Source: Candidatus Latescibacterota bacterium (lineage in GTDB: Bacteria > Latescibacterota > UBA2968 > SICM01). From it: 64,000 bases of DNA. Where the stretch lies: NCBI GenBank assembly GCA_965217865.1, contig CBDCJO010000002.1, positions 2,432,001-2,496,000 on the forward strand, written 5' to 3'. Each line of letters starts with the position of its first letter. Position 1 is the first letter of the stretch. Position numbers and translations under genes: made by a program. Of the stretch, positions 42,833 through 54,912 are shown in pieces. Below the pieces are notes generated by a model. That model ran no database searches. It was not told the DNA's origin and saw only the letters and a list, made by a program, of their open reading frames with translations.

Positions 42833-44257
42833 GGTCAAGTCTTAAGCGTCCTGCAAAATGCAAGCCTTCAACTGGAGGTCCAGTGAGGTTCACGCAACGG
42901 CTACCATTTCAGCCGGTGGTGCGATCTGTCGTTCCTCATAGAGCAGCTGGAGCTGGAGCAGTTCGGTGGCCGTGATGTTGATATTCTGCCACCTGGCAGC
43001 GGCACGGATGAGAACAGCATAGACGAGCTTCAGGCAACTCTTTTCGGAGAAGAATCGCGGCAATGTTTTGGTTCGGCGGCGTTCCTCGACAAAGCTGCGT
43101 TCGATCAGGTTGGTAGTGCGGGCGAACTTCCGGAGTCGCCAGGGAAGCTGGAGGTGTGCGAGGAGAGCTTCGAGGTCCTCCGTGAGACACTTGCACAGAC
43201 CGGGGAACTCCTTGCTGAACTTCTCCAGAAACTCTCGCACCGCACTTTGGCCGGCCTGAAGATCCGGGGCGTCACGAATCATCACCAGATACGGCTTGAT
43301 CTCATGCCAGCGCGCATCGGGCACCTTGGCTGCAAAGTTGCGCATCCGATGCACCCAGCAGCGTCCGCGCAGACTCTTCGGCCACATCTGGTCGATGGTC
43401 TGGATAAGCCCATCGGCTCCGTCGGTCGTGACGAACAGGGGTGCCGGTAAACCACGCCGGTCGAGATCCCGGACGAACTCGAGCCATGCCTCGCCGCTTT
43501 CTTTGCTGCCCAGACCCAGGGAGATCAGAACTTTCCGGCCGTCCAGTGTGATGCCCCAGGCGCACAGCACGGCCTCCCGGGTGATGCCGTGGGTACGAAG
43601 CGGCTCGTACAGGCCGTCCAGGAACAGGAACAGGAGAGGAAAGTCGCTGAGATCGCGTTCCTGGAAGGCCTGGTATTGTTCCCAAAGGACTTCGGTGACT
43701 TCGCTGACCTTGCTGCGGCTAAGCAGGCAACGCCCCTGCTCATCAGTGAAGGCGTCCTCGATGTCCCGGGTAGACAGTCCACGCGCGTACATCTCGGTTG
43801 CCAGGCGCTGCACCATCCCTGAGTCGCCGCGCAGAAGATCGTAAAGGCTGCACCGGTAGGGCTCCTCTGGATCCCTGACCTGAGGAATCGCGACCTCGAG
43901 GCGGCCTTCGGCAGTATCCAGATAGCCCGGCTCATAGCCGCTACGGTAGCCTCGACGACCTTCACCGCGTTTATACCGATCGACACCCAGGTGGTCCCGC
44001 TGATGCGCCTCAAAACCCTCCTGGCAGATCAGCCGGGTGGACAACTGAACTAGCTGAGTCAACGCCTCCTGGGCGCTCTCGACATCCTGGAGTCCTTCGA
44101 TGAACTCCTTCAATTCCTTGCGTAATCTATCACTCGGAGCTATCTTCTTCATACGGCGTGACTCCTTCCTTTTGCCCACTCGGGGCGTCGAGGTTTTTGG
44201 GGACCTCTGGAAGATAGCTCACGCCGCTTCTTTTTGCAGGAAATCTAAGACATTACC
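42833..44257 (-). mobile_element. IS256-family element, intact (transposase 42890..44179)
   Basis: MYARGLSTRD, LFLDG, TTDG, RCWVH, RTTNLIER. Imperfect 26-bp TIRs and a 9-bp GCAATGGAG duplication at 42824 and 44258. Confidence 0.94.
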
Positions 44258-44333
44258 GCAATGGAGCCTCATTTGTCAGATTGGTATGTCAATCGGGCAT
44301 GTAATGGAGAGTGTATAAACATCAGAAAGGCAC

Positions 44334-45371
44334 TTGATGAGATACTTCGTCAAAGGAATCAGAAGACATCCTATAAGAGAGGAAAGTAGACCAAATTACA
44401 GGTTTAGGTACTGCATATATCCAGCGATGAGCATTCTTAGATTTTATAGCCATATTTTTGATGATGTCCGGACATATGATCTAATGAGGGCCGGATGGTC
44501 TTCTTGGTATGTACCAAGAAAAGTCAGTATATCGGTGTCATTTCTTAGCCAATGCTACCTCAACATTGAAGTGCTATTTGGTGCAACTGTAAAAAGCCAT
44601 CTATGTCCGGGCCCGGATGAACTCCGCGAGCTCATGTATGATCGAGTGTGCAATAACCGGCCCCTATTCTTATTCATTAAGGGTGATCCAAAGAAAATGG
44701 GGGACGAGATCAGAGTGACAAGTGGCACACAGCATATCACATTTGCGGGTATCGGGATTGACAGTGTCCAAGACAGCGTGCTGTTGGTTAATAATTTCCG
44801 CCAACTTGGAAAGGGATGGTGTCCGATAGAAGATATTGGACACCGGATTCTGTCTAATCTTGTGGATGAAATTTATGTTTCGTCGGATTGCACAATGCCT
44901 TCAGTTGACGTTCTTTCTAACCATCTACTGATTCAAGTTATAAGCAACTTTGATGATAATCCTGTACAATACGGTGAGGTTCCGGTCAGGGACGTACCGG
45001 AGACTGAGATGATATGTGGTTTTAAAGGCATCCATGCATTTGCTGAACATCCCAGCTTTCACAGAGAAAGTATGTCAGTTGAGGAAACCGCTGCTCAAGG
45101 AATTACCGTTGGGCTTCTTATGAACCGTCAGGAAAGGAGTCTATTCATTTCAATCTTTGAGGATTTTATATCTTCCACATATGATCCTCACACTTTTAGG
45201 AACATAATGGCGTACTGGAACGAGCTTTCGCAGTCATGGTTGATCGCAGCGAAATTGAGTAAAAGGCTCGAAATGACGGAGAATGGGAATGTGATTTCCA
45301 AATTTCGGGATATTCTACATAGCATAGGGGAAAAGGAAAAAAAATACTCCTCTTACTTCGAGACTATTTAG
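44334..45371 (+). CDS. Low-GC hypothetical protein, possibly BtrH-like (papain-fold N-terminus plus helical C-terminus)
   Basis: Early Cys (RYCIY), NNRPLFL, TQHITF..GID, then GFKGIHAFAE and ERSLF..YWNELSQSW. Confidence 0.4.
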   Translation: MMRYFVKGIRRHPIREESRPNYRFRYCIYPAMSILRFYSHIFDDVRTYDLMRAGWSSWYVPRKVSISVSFLSQCYLNIEVLFGATVKSHLCPGPDELRELMYDRVCNNRPLFLFIKGDPKKMGDEIRVTSGTQHITFAGIGIDSVQDSVLLVNNFRQLGKGWCPIEDIGHRILSNLVDEIYVSSDCTMPSVDVLSNHLLIQVISNFDDNPVQYGEVPVRDVPETEMICGFKGIHAFAEHPSFHRESMSVEETAAQGITVGLLMNRQERSLFISIFEDFISSTYDPHTFRNIMAYWNELSQSWLIAAKLSKRLEMTENGNVISKFRDILHSIGEKEKKYSSYFETI

Positions 45372-45877
45372 ATGGTGTGCTTAAACATTCTAACTGAAAT
45401 TAGGAGGAAGTTGTCGAATAAGTATAGTAAGCATCTACGGAACCTGATGTGAGGTATTGGTTGGCTGCGGCGATGGGTTTTTTTCCCATGTTCCGATAGC
45501 CCTATAGGGGTGGACTTTTGCAGTCGTAGGTCTTAATCCATGAGGTCCCTCTGTAGGGCTTCAGCAGACTGGGAGTAAGTTGTTCGGAAAGCCTGGCGTA
45601 GGATCTGCGCCCTATTTTTTTGGCGGTATTTGTCCGAGTGTGGAGTGCCTTCGGTTCAAAAGTGAATTTTCCCGAGCTTCTGGGGGGGCGAATATGATAT
45701 TCCCACCTACATTGAATATTGGTTAGAGAGGATCCCGACTGAGAAAAACATTGCTTGGTGGTTATGGAGAGGCTGGAGTGGGTGGCGTGTCGTTGGACCA
45801 AAAGGACAGGGACTCAACAACATGTGGATGTTGCGAATTCTAGTGCTTGGTTGGGCTTTGATACGAGGCGAAAAAAG

Positions 45878-48800
45878 GTGATCAGGAATTATCTGACAAT
45901 TGCCACTCGCAATTTGGTGAAAAGTAAAGTTTACTCCATCATCAATGTCGCAGGTCTCGCTGCTGGAATGGCGTGCTGTATCCTTACTCTGCTCTACGTT
46001 AGAGATGAGATGAGTTATGACGAGCACCATATTCACGCCAACAGGATTTTCCGGCTTGTCGAGGAGGTGCACGTAGCCGGGAAAACACGTCGGATTGCAA
46101 TCACGTCTTTTCCGATGGGGCCTGCGCTTGTTAAAGACTATCCGGAGGTGATTGATGCAGTTAGGTTTTTCAGAAATGATATGAAGACGGTTGTGAGGGC
46201 TCAAAATGTTCATTTCTACGAAGACGGCGTGTGGTTCGTCGATGAAAATGTCTTCAGAATATTCCACTTCCCCCTAACAGCCTGTTGAAAAAGTGCGTTT
46301 ATGCCAAGATGACTGTTGTCTTTCCTTGTGGTTTGGTCCTATGATATATCAGGTTCAAACTGAGAAGGGAGGACGAGCAAATGGCAATGGGAAAACGAGG
46401 ACGACAGAGACAGGAAAACCTGTTCATCGCATCGAACACTTTGGTGAAATCTCCGGGTCATCCGTTCTACGAGAAGCTGAATCAGGTATTGGGGGCGAAC
46501 GGCTTCGACGAGTTCGTCGAGGGGCTTTGCCAGCGGTATTACGCTCCTCATATGGGTCGCAAGGGCATTCCGCCCGGGGTTTATTTTCGGATGCTTTTGA
46601 TTGGGTATTTCGAGGGACTTGATTCGGAACGTGGGATCGAATGGCGTGTATCTGACTCGCTGACGTTGCGCCGGTTTTTGGGGTATGCCCTTGACGAACA
46701 GACCCCGGATCATTCCAGCCTGTCTCGCATCCGGCATCGGCTTCCCTTGGAAGTTCACGAAGCGGTTTTCAAGTGGATCCTGAGGGTCTTGTGCAAAGCG
46801 GGTCTGGTGAAGGGGAAGACGTTGGGCGTGGATGCTACGACACTGGAGGCCAACGCCGCGATGCGCAGCATTGTACGCCGTGACACGGGTGAAGGCTACC
46901 AGGCATTCCTTGAGAATCTGGCCAAGGCCTCGGGCATTGAAACGCCTACCCGCGAGGACTTGTCCAAGATCGATAAGAAGCGACCGAAGAAGGGATCGAA
47001 CCAGGACTGGGAGCACCCGCACGACCCGGATGCCAAGATCGCTAAGATGAAGGACGGTCGCACGCACATGGCGCACAAGGTGGAGCACGCGGTGGATCTG
47101 GACACCAATGCCATTGTGGCAGTGGCGTTGTCGGGAGCAGATGAAGGAGATACCGAGTCGTTGCCCTGGACGCTGCTCGAGGCGCAGCTCAATCTCAAGC
47201 AGGTCGCGAAGGACGAAAAAGCTGCCAAACGTTTGCACAGACAGCGTATACGGGAGGTGGTTGCGGACAAAGGATATCATAGCAACGATGTATTGACCAG
47301 TCTGAAGCAAGGCGGCATCCGGAGTTACATTTCAGAACCGGATCGGGGACGCCGCAAGTGGAACGGCCGACGAGATGAGCAGGCCGCGGTATATGCGAAT
47401 CGACGCCGGATCAAGGGAGATCGCGGCAAGGCCTTGCGCCGAAGTCGTGCAGAACGGGTGGAAAGAACCATCGCTCACACATATGATACCGGTGGCATGC
47501 GCAGGTTGCACTTGAGAGACCGCGGCAATATCCTCAAGCGTTTGCTGATCCACATCGGGGGCTGCAACCTGGCTCTGCTCATGCGCAAAGTGATGGGCGT
47601 AGGTACTCCGAAGGCCCTCCAGGACCTGGCCAAGGCCTTGCAGCGTCTACTGCTCGTCCTACAATCACGTTTGCTGCCCTCGGTCACCTTTTTAACCTCT
47701 TATCAGCGTCTCCTGCTCAATCTCCTTACCTTGATTTATCTGACCCGCACTCCAGGCGTCTTTTCCGTTTATGTGCGTTGAAAGGTAGTTCTTCAACGGG
47801 CTGCTAAACAAAGGAGACATAGAAACGGCGCTTGAGGAACCTCATTCAGTTGTCGTTACAGAAGAGATCGCTCAAAAATACTTTAGTGAAAGAGAACCTA
47901 TCGGACAGGTTCTCTCAATCGGTGGAAACGAATTCAAGGTTACGGGTGTTTTGAAGGATGTTGATCACAATACCCATTTTCAATTCGATTTTCTCGCATC
48001 ACAAATGAAGAGAAAGGATTGGATAGACCACCATTATTATACCTACTTGCTCTTGAGAACGGAAGATTCAGCCAAGGAACTAGAATTAAAATTGCCTGAA
48101 TTCATTGACAGGCACTTGGGCGATAAGATCAAGGTAGCAGGCATTAGATTTAGACCTTTCCTACAGCCCTTGACCGACATTCATTTGCGTTCCCAGTTGG
48201 AGTTTGAGATGAGCGCGAATGGAGACATCCGGTATGTCTATCTATTCCTAGTTATCACTGCTTTTGTTCTATTGCTCGGCTGCGTCAACTTTATAAACCT
48301 CTCGATTGCTAATTCGGTACGTCGAGCAAAAGAGGTAGGTATCCGGAAAGCAATGGGCGCGGGCCGCTTTCAATTGATTTGTCAGTTTTTGGGTGAATCT
48401 ACTTTAGTGGTTTTGTTTGCGCTGGTCTTCGCTGTTATTCTAGTCGAGGTAATGCTTCCCGCGGTTAATGCGTATATCCATCGTGAGTTGTTAGCCTCTG
48501 ATTACTTAAGGAACTGGGATTTGATGTTGATTCTGATCGGCATCGTTGTGTTTGTAGGAGTCTTCTCCGGAAGTTATCCCGCATTTCTTCTTTCGGCCTT
48601 TCAACCGGTGGATGTGCTAAAAGGCCGGCTGGTGGACGGATTGGAGAAACTAAGTCTCGGGAAGTCGCTTGTTGTTCTTCAATCTGGTATTTCTGTTGTT
48701 CTAATAATTGTTACGGTAGTAGTTCATAGCCAATCAGATTACCTACGAAACAAACGGCTTGGGTTCGATAAAGAGCATGTAATAGTGATCCCCGTTTCTG

Positions 48801-49696
48801 GTAAGGAGGTGGCAGAGGGATATCAATCGAGATTATCTGAGTATGCAAATGTATTGAGTATTTCAGTGTCTTCTTCGGTGCCGGGGCGAGAAATATCTAG
48901 TTATCTCTTCCAGCCGCATCCTGATGGGAGGCAAAATGGGACTTTGCTGATGAACGTCATCCATGCTGATCACAAATTCATCGAAACATTTGGCCTTGAG
49001 CTCTTAGAGGGACAGTTCTTTTCAAAGAGTCTATCGAGTGATAGCAAGGCGGAACTTATCCTCAATGAGTCCGCTATGCGAAAATTGGGATGGGTCTCGT
49101 TTGCTGGCAAAGAGCTCCAAAGTGTTTATCCAGAGGATGGTGGTCTGAAGATTGAAGTTGTAGGGGATGTTGTTGGTCTTGTCAGGGATTTTCATTATCG
49201 GTCCCTTCATCATGAAATTGAGCCTCTAGTGATTATGGCTGGTGGTGGTTGGACCGACTATTGTTCAATTCGGATTGCCCCTAGTGATGTTTTTGGTACA
49301 CTGGCGTATCTGAAAGAGCGGTGGCAGGAATTTGCCCCGAACGTGCCGTTTGAATATTCCTTTTTAAATGATGTTTTTGATAAACTCCATCGGGCTGAAT
49401 ACCGCCTGGGCAAAATGTTCGGCCTTTTTACTCTTTTTGCCATTTTTGAGGCAAGTTTGGGTTTGTTTGGTCTAGTATCCTTCACGACGAACCAGCGAAT
49501 CAAAGAAATTGGCATCCGTAAGGTTCTGGGAGCGACGGTTTGTCGCATTGTTCTACAGTTGTCTAAGGAATTCGCATTGCTTGTCGGCTTTGCCAATCTC
49601 GTGGCTTGGCCTGTTGCTTATCTTGGAATCGACATTTGGCTCCATACGTGGAAGGCGGCACAGACGAGACCGGTAAATGTGTTGCGGTATGAGTGA
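45878..49696 (+). pseudogene. MacB/FtsX-type ABC permease, split by IS copy 4 and missing its last TM region
   Basis: IRNYLTIATRNL, LQPLTDIHL, RAKEVGIRKAMGA, RIKEIGIRKVLGA, LRYE*. Excision of the IS restores FPLNKGD in frame. Confidence 0.9.
46278..47803 (+). mobile_element. IS5/IS1182-like element, copy 4 (1526 bp, 1-bp deletion near the 3' end)
   Basis: CTAA duplication at 46274-46277 and 47804-47807. Confidence 0.95.
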
Positions 49697-49749
49697 TCCG
49701 GGTCTGATCAAAAATGGTTTAAAATGCTACCTCATGAGGGAGCGGAACA

Positions 49750-50105
49750 TGTCAACAATTTTGAGACACTGAAAGTTGGAATTCAGTGAAATTTCCGGCC
49801 GTCTCCATAAGAGGTGTCATCGGCAACCGTGGATCCCCGTGCAGGTATCGGGACCGGGTTCGATTTGGTATCACCTGGCGTAATAACGATTGGATCCTGC
49901 TGGGACTTATCCGAGATCCGGGGTGGATTGATCCAGACCTCGGAAGGCAGGTCGGTTGGCTGCGGGGGACCCTGCACAAAACGGTCGGGGTGGGCGATAT
50001 AGGCACGCCACAGGGTCTGTTCACGGGCGTCAAGGATTTCCTTGGCGTAGCCATAGTGCACAGATTCCGGGGTCAGCAAGCCCAGGCCTGAGTGGCGATG
50101 CTCCT
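49750..50105 (-). pseudogene. IS3-family transposase 3' fragment and end
   Basis: EHRHSGLGLLTPESVHYG...HPDRFV...VWINPP, followed by a terminal TGTCTCAAAATTGTTGACA-like end. Confidence 0.7.
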
Positions 50106-50209
50106 GTAATGCGTTGCTCTATGAGTGAACGTGTGGATCTGAGATTACATAAAGCGGGATGAATTTTCCGTCCCAAGAAATGAGAACAATGGATCGCAAA
50201 TTAGAAAAG

Positions 50210-51245
50210 ATAAAAAGCCAAAATGGCAGCCTCAACCGGGCGACTGAACTACTCGACCAAGCGGCAGGCGCGGCGCCTTCCGACATCTCGATCAAGCACA
50301 GTAAAGCAGAGCTCATGCTGCGGCTCGCGGACATCGCTAGGATGCCTTTAGAGAGGGAGCAACGCCTTCGGGAAGCCATGCGAATTGCAAGTTCCCTACG
50401 CGACGATCACCGAGGCCGGATCAGCGGGTCGTATACCTTTCACACGATCGTGAAGGTCGGTCTTAAAAGACTCGAAGACCTTTTGGACGACACAGCACCG
50501 ACGGTGTCCGAGGAAGCGGTGAGTTCGGCAATCAGATCGGTTGAAGGCAGCCTATTCGACGGTCTGCAGCGGTTTCCCGATGATTCCTACCTACTAACCT
50601 CTGAGGCGCAGCTCGCGACGCTGCTTAAAGACTCGGCGCGGGCCACTTCCGCGATACGCTCAGCCTTCGAGGCTAATCCTCGAAACGGTGTAATTGCGGT
50701 ATGTCTCGCCAAGATCTTGGAGGCCGCAGGTGATCATTCCGGGGCACGAAGCACCCTTCAGACTAGCCTCGACAACAACCCTGGGTGACAAGAGGCTCCA
50801 CTACGCCCTCGCTAAATTTCTGATGCGCCATGATCTGCAAGCCGCCGATCAGATCGAGTATCACCTCCAGCGATCGTTCACGAGCGGCGATGCGAACTAC
50901 GATGCCCAACTCTTGTACGCACGTCAGATCTATGTAAAGGGCGACGTCAACGGAGCGAAGGAGCGCTTCAGAACACTAGGGACAGCCAAGGTCGGTCCCG
51001 ACATTCGCAATCGGATGCGATATCCGTTAGACGGTTGGTTCAGTGGGCAGGTAGTACGGTTGGAAGCCACATATTGTTTCGTGACCCGCGACGGTATTGG
51101 GGATTGGGTATTCGCGCATCGATCTGAGGTAGACACGGCTCTATGGACAACACTGAGGATGGGCTCTCGCATCAGATTTCACATCACGTTTACGATGAAG
51201 GGGCCGGCGGCGGCGGACCTGGCGCCGGAAACCGTCGACACCTAA
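50210..51245 (+). pseudogene. TPR plus cold-shock/OB-fold C-terminus of a larger protein; 5'-truncated, frameshift near 50780
   Basis: Helical repeats, then GQVVRLEATYCFV..DG.GDWVFAH...G..IRFHITFTMKGP.A. Confidence 0.55.
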
Positions 51246-51446
51246 ACCTGGCGGACCGTGTGGAGGGTCGAATTGAGAATCTTATCCAAGCCAAAGCATT
51301 CTTCCTCTCATGGAGGAGTATGGAATTGCGACCTCTGAAGAGGTGGATGTGAAGACGTTGCCGGAGCGGCTTCGGAAAGAAGTCGTTGCGGCGAAATCTC
51401 CGGTTTTATTGCCGATGAATATAACCGCCTGGACACGGCTACCGCC

Positions 51447-51720
51447 TAGTACCTATTGACATTTAAAACGAGCGTGCCGAATGTTTGTTATCTCCCCGAT
51501 CCGTTCGCTGTGGGAGGAGGATCGGCATACCCAACAGGAAGTACATCGTCCGTCCAAGTTGCGATGAGCGGAAGCACTTGCAGGATCTGGTAAGCAAAGG
51601 CCGGACACAGGCCTACCGGATCCGACACGCACACATTCTGATGAAGGCCGACGCGGATAGCCCTTGCTGGAGCGACGAAGCCATCGCCCAAGCGTTTTCG
51701 TGCCACATAGAACTGCCATC
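51447..51720 (+). mobile_element. IS630-like left end plus degraded transposase N-terminus
   Basis: TAGTACCTATTGACATTTAAAACGAGCGTGCCGAATGTTT, also present at about 37290-37329. KYIVR...RHAHILMKAD...WSDEAIA. Confidence 0.6.
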
Positions 51721-51829
51721 TTGGGTTGATAAGACATGCTCTTCCTGAGGCTGTACCCAGAACCGCATATGGCGTTCTAAATCCTGGGTGTCAACTTTAC
51801 GCTGAGCAGTTCCGTGGCCCGTGCGGCCT

Positions 51830-51960
51830 TCCGCTACCGCGCGGGCGGCGCAGGGTTTTCCGACCTGATGATCCTGGCCGCTGCCGAACGATCGGAAGCC
51901 CACCCCCTGTACACCTTCGATCAGAAGGTGGCACGGCTTGAGGGTGTGACGCTGCTGTAG
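51830..51960 (+). pseudogene. PIN-domain (VapC) toxin C-terminal fragment
   Basis: GFSDLMILAAA...PLYTFDQKVARL. Confidence 0.6.
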
Positions 51961-52004
51961 GAACCGGCGTGTTGGGCAGAGGGAGCAGCACCAAGGGATA
52001 CGGG

Positions 52005-52165
52005 CGGTAGTCCACCTCAAGCAGTTCCTGGATCTCGTAAGCCCAGTCTACGGCGGTCCTGCGTTCCCGGACGTGGACCTTCCGACGTCCGGTCAGGGGC
52101 TCGAGGAACAAGAAATTCGCAGCTGTGCCGTTACGCTCATACTCATAGTCGTAACGTCGTATCTT
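52005..52165 (-). pseudogene. IS630 transposase internal fragment
   Basis: RYDYEYERNGTAN...EPLTGRRKVHVRERRTAVDWA. Confidence 0.75.
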
Positions 52166-52236
52166 TTGTCTGAGATCGCCCGAAAAAACGGGGGCAAGGT
52201 CGAAGCAAGATCCTGGTTGCCTGTAGGGTTGAGAAG

Positions 52237-53723
52237 GGATACATATTTTGGGATATCCCTGACCTCACAGGAGGAGTAAAGATGGAGCAACTGTCCTCAA
52301 ACAGTGACCCGGTCAAGAAGCGCAGGAGCTTGTCCCCGGAACAGAAGTATGAGATTTTCCTTGAAGCCAGCCGGGGAGATGTTCCCATTGCACAGGTGCT
52401 GCGGAAATGGGGCATTCATTCCTCGGATCTAAAGCGTATTCGTGAGTCGGTCAAGTCCGGGGCCCTCAAGGAGTTCAAGGGTCGCCGGAGCCGCAAGCCG
52501 ATGGTATCGGCTGAGGAGGTGGAGCAGCTGCGCAAAGAGCGGGCACGCCTGGAGCAAACGATCATTGAGCAATCTGTGGAACTTTCCCTGCTAAAAAAAA
52601 GTGTGAATGGGATCTGACAGGCCCGATCAAGGGCCACCGGGTGCAAGCTGAGGTCAAACGCGAGATCCTCTTAATGGTCCATCGGGCCAAGGAGAAAGGG
52701 GTGAAACTCACCCGTTCTTGCGAGATCCTACAGCTTCCCCTCCAGCGGTATTGTGCCTGGAGCCGGCGAGATCGAGAAGAGAAGCTGGATGGGGTGTCGG
52801 ACCCGCTTTTGGATGGGAAGCCCGGGCCCGCCCCTGATGAGGCCCCACACGGATTGCTGAGGGAGGAGAAAGAGCAAATCTCGGCCCTCTTAAGGGATGA
52901 GACCTATGCCGATCTGCCTCCCCATCAGCTGGCGGTGGTAGCCTCAGAGAAGGGGGTAGTGCAGGCCTCGGCCTCCAGCTTCTACCGACAGGCCAGGAAA
53001 GAACGTCTGGCACGCAGGAAACAGGTGAGGACGCCGGTCAAGCAGAGCAAGCCCCAGGTCAAACCTGAAGGTCCTAATCAGGTCTGGAGCTGGGACCTGA
53101 CCTACATCCCATTTTTCGGTTTGTTCCTGTATTTTACCGCCATTCTCGACGTGTATTCCAGGAAGATCGTAGGATGGAAGCTCTCCTTCAACGCGACCGT
53201 GGAGCAGGTCAAACAGGCCTGGGATCAAGCCCTTGCCAACGAAGGACTGCTGGACCTGGACACTGGGCCCATAAGCTTGACAGCCCTCTCAGATCACGGA
53301 TCTCAGATGAAGGCCAAATCGATGGCCCAATTCTTCAAGGACCTGGGCATCTCGCAGCTGTTTGCCCGATATCAAACACCCACGGACAACGCCTGGATCG
53401 AAGCCTTTTTCCGGACATTCAAATACGACTGGCTGCGCTTCCAGGACATCTTCACATTCCATCAACTGGAAGGCCTGATTGATTCCTTCATTCACAGCTA
53501 CAACGCCGAACGCTATCACGGGGCAATACAGTATGTCACGCCTCTTCAGAGGCATAAAGGCCAGCATCAAAAGATTCTTCACCACCGACAAGGTCGAAAG
53601 GAGGAGGCTCGGCAGCGCCGCATAGAAATCAATCGGCAAAGAACATCCCAGACCATCCACAAGGCTGCCTGAATCTTGCTTGGACCTTTATCTGCTTTTC
53701 TCTTGTTATCTCAGAATAGATAC
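52237..53723 (+). mobile_element. IS3-family element: orfA 52282..52617 and orfB to 53672, with a -1 frameshift signal
   Basis: A8G at 52593-52601. The orfB frame is open through the A-run. WSWDLTY, SDHGSQ, DNAWIEAFF, YNAERYH. Confidence 0.88.
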
Positions 53724-53727
53724 AAAA

Positions 53728-53846
53728 GCTTGGCTCACAGAGCGGGATCAGAATCCACCCATCGTCAACTGGCGCTTCAACACCAAAGATGCACGCATCA
53801 AGCTGAAGCGCCTCTATCCCGCACTCCTACCTGGGTGAACCACTAG
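53728..53846 (+). pseudogene. IS630 C-terminal fragment and right end
   Basis: WLTERDQNPPIVNWRFNTKDARIKLKRLYP, followed by ...CCACTAG. Confidence 0.7.
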
Positions 53847-53889
53847 CTACATGTCAATACATAAGGTCTATAAGGGTTCGCATATTTAC

Positions 53890-54231
53890 CTACTCATGGG
53901 TTTTATCCTGGTTATAATGACTGAAAAATACGCAGTCAGAACAACTCTTAAAAGGTGCAGCTTGATGACCTATATATCTCCTGTGATGGCGCTTATATAT
54001 CTCGAGTATATTCTCTCTGTATATGTTACCTATCACACGATCATCAGTTTTTCCACAACAAGGATACACTGTTCCGTCCTCTTTAATATGAGGATTGTAC
54101 AGCATATACCGACAGTGAGCTCGATCTTTGTACTGAGGACCAGTTTTCCCTTGTGCCCATTTTTTAAGCTGTACTTCTAACGTTTCAATTTCATTAGGTA
54201 CAGGCAAAAACTTAACTCTCGATACGCTCAT
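53890..54231 (-). CDS. SPASM/Twitch Fe-S domain ORF (probably the frameshifted tail of the radical SAM gene)
   Basis: C...IKEDGTVYPCC...IGNI...CSDC. Overlaps the radical SAM stop. Confidence 0.65.
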   Translation of the reverse strand: MSVSRVKFLPVPNEIETLEVQLKKWAQGKTGPQYKDRAHCRYMLYNPHIKEDGTVYPCCGKTDDRVIGNIYRENILEIYKRHHRRYIGHQAAPFKSCSDCVFFSHYNQDKTHE

Positions 54232-54901
54232 ATATATATTGTAATTCCGGATAATAAGCCCTATATAAATACTCTAGGAAATCACTGGGAGGTAATAATT
54301 GGGCTAAAGGATATCGATCTGGTAGAAGACTCTTTTCCAATAATTGTATTTTAACATAAATATTTTCACCATAATCTAAAATACGGTGAATCTCATCTAA
54401 TTTCTGGCTTCGCAATGGTTCAATTACAACTGTAACTACAATTTTTAAATTTGTATTACCAAATATATCCAATAGCGATATTACTCGTGTGAAATCGCCT
54501 TTTATACCTCGGATTATATCATGCTGATTTGGATCTAGGGAATCAATCGATAGAGCTAATTCAGATAGGCCTTTGTCACAATATCGATGCAATCTATCTC
54601 TCGAAAGAAGTGTAGCATTTGCTGATAGTTTTGTCGGAAGGTTTTTAGATAGAGTGTACAGCATAATATTGTCAAAGTTAGGGTGGAGCATTGGATTTCC
54701 ACCTGATATGTGTATTTTCTGTAACCCTATTGATATACAATTTTCCACTACAGTCTCTACCACTTCCTTCTTAAGGCGAGTACCACCGACAATAGGGCCC
54801 CTATAACAGTATCCACATTTCCCTTCACAGCTATCAGTAATGCTAAACTTCACTTTTTCGAATTTAAAGTCCATGATTCCATCCTGGCAAAACATTATCA
54901 A
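54212..54901 (-). CDS. Low-GC radical SAM protein
   Basis: ITDSCEGKCGYC, ISGGNP, SIDSLD..HD.IRG. Confidence 0.82.
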   Translation of the reverse strand: MIMFCQDGIMDFKFEKVKFSITDSCEGKCGYCYRGPIVGGTRLKKEVVETVVENCISIGLQKIHISGGNPMLHPNFDNIMLYTLSKNLPTKLSANATLLSRDRLHRYCDKGLSELALSIDSLDPNQHDIIRGIKGDFTRVISLLDIFGNTNLKIVVTVVIEPLRSQKLDEIHRILDYGENIYVKIQLLEKSLLPDRYPLAQLLPPSDFLEYLYRAYYPELQYIYERIES

Positions 54902-54912
54902 ACCAGCGCCTA

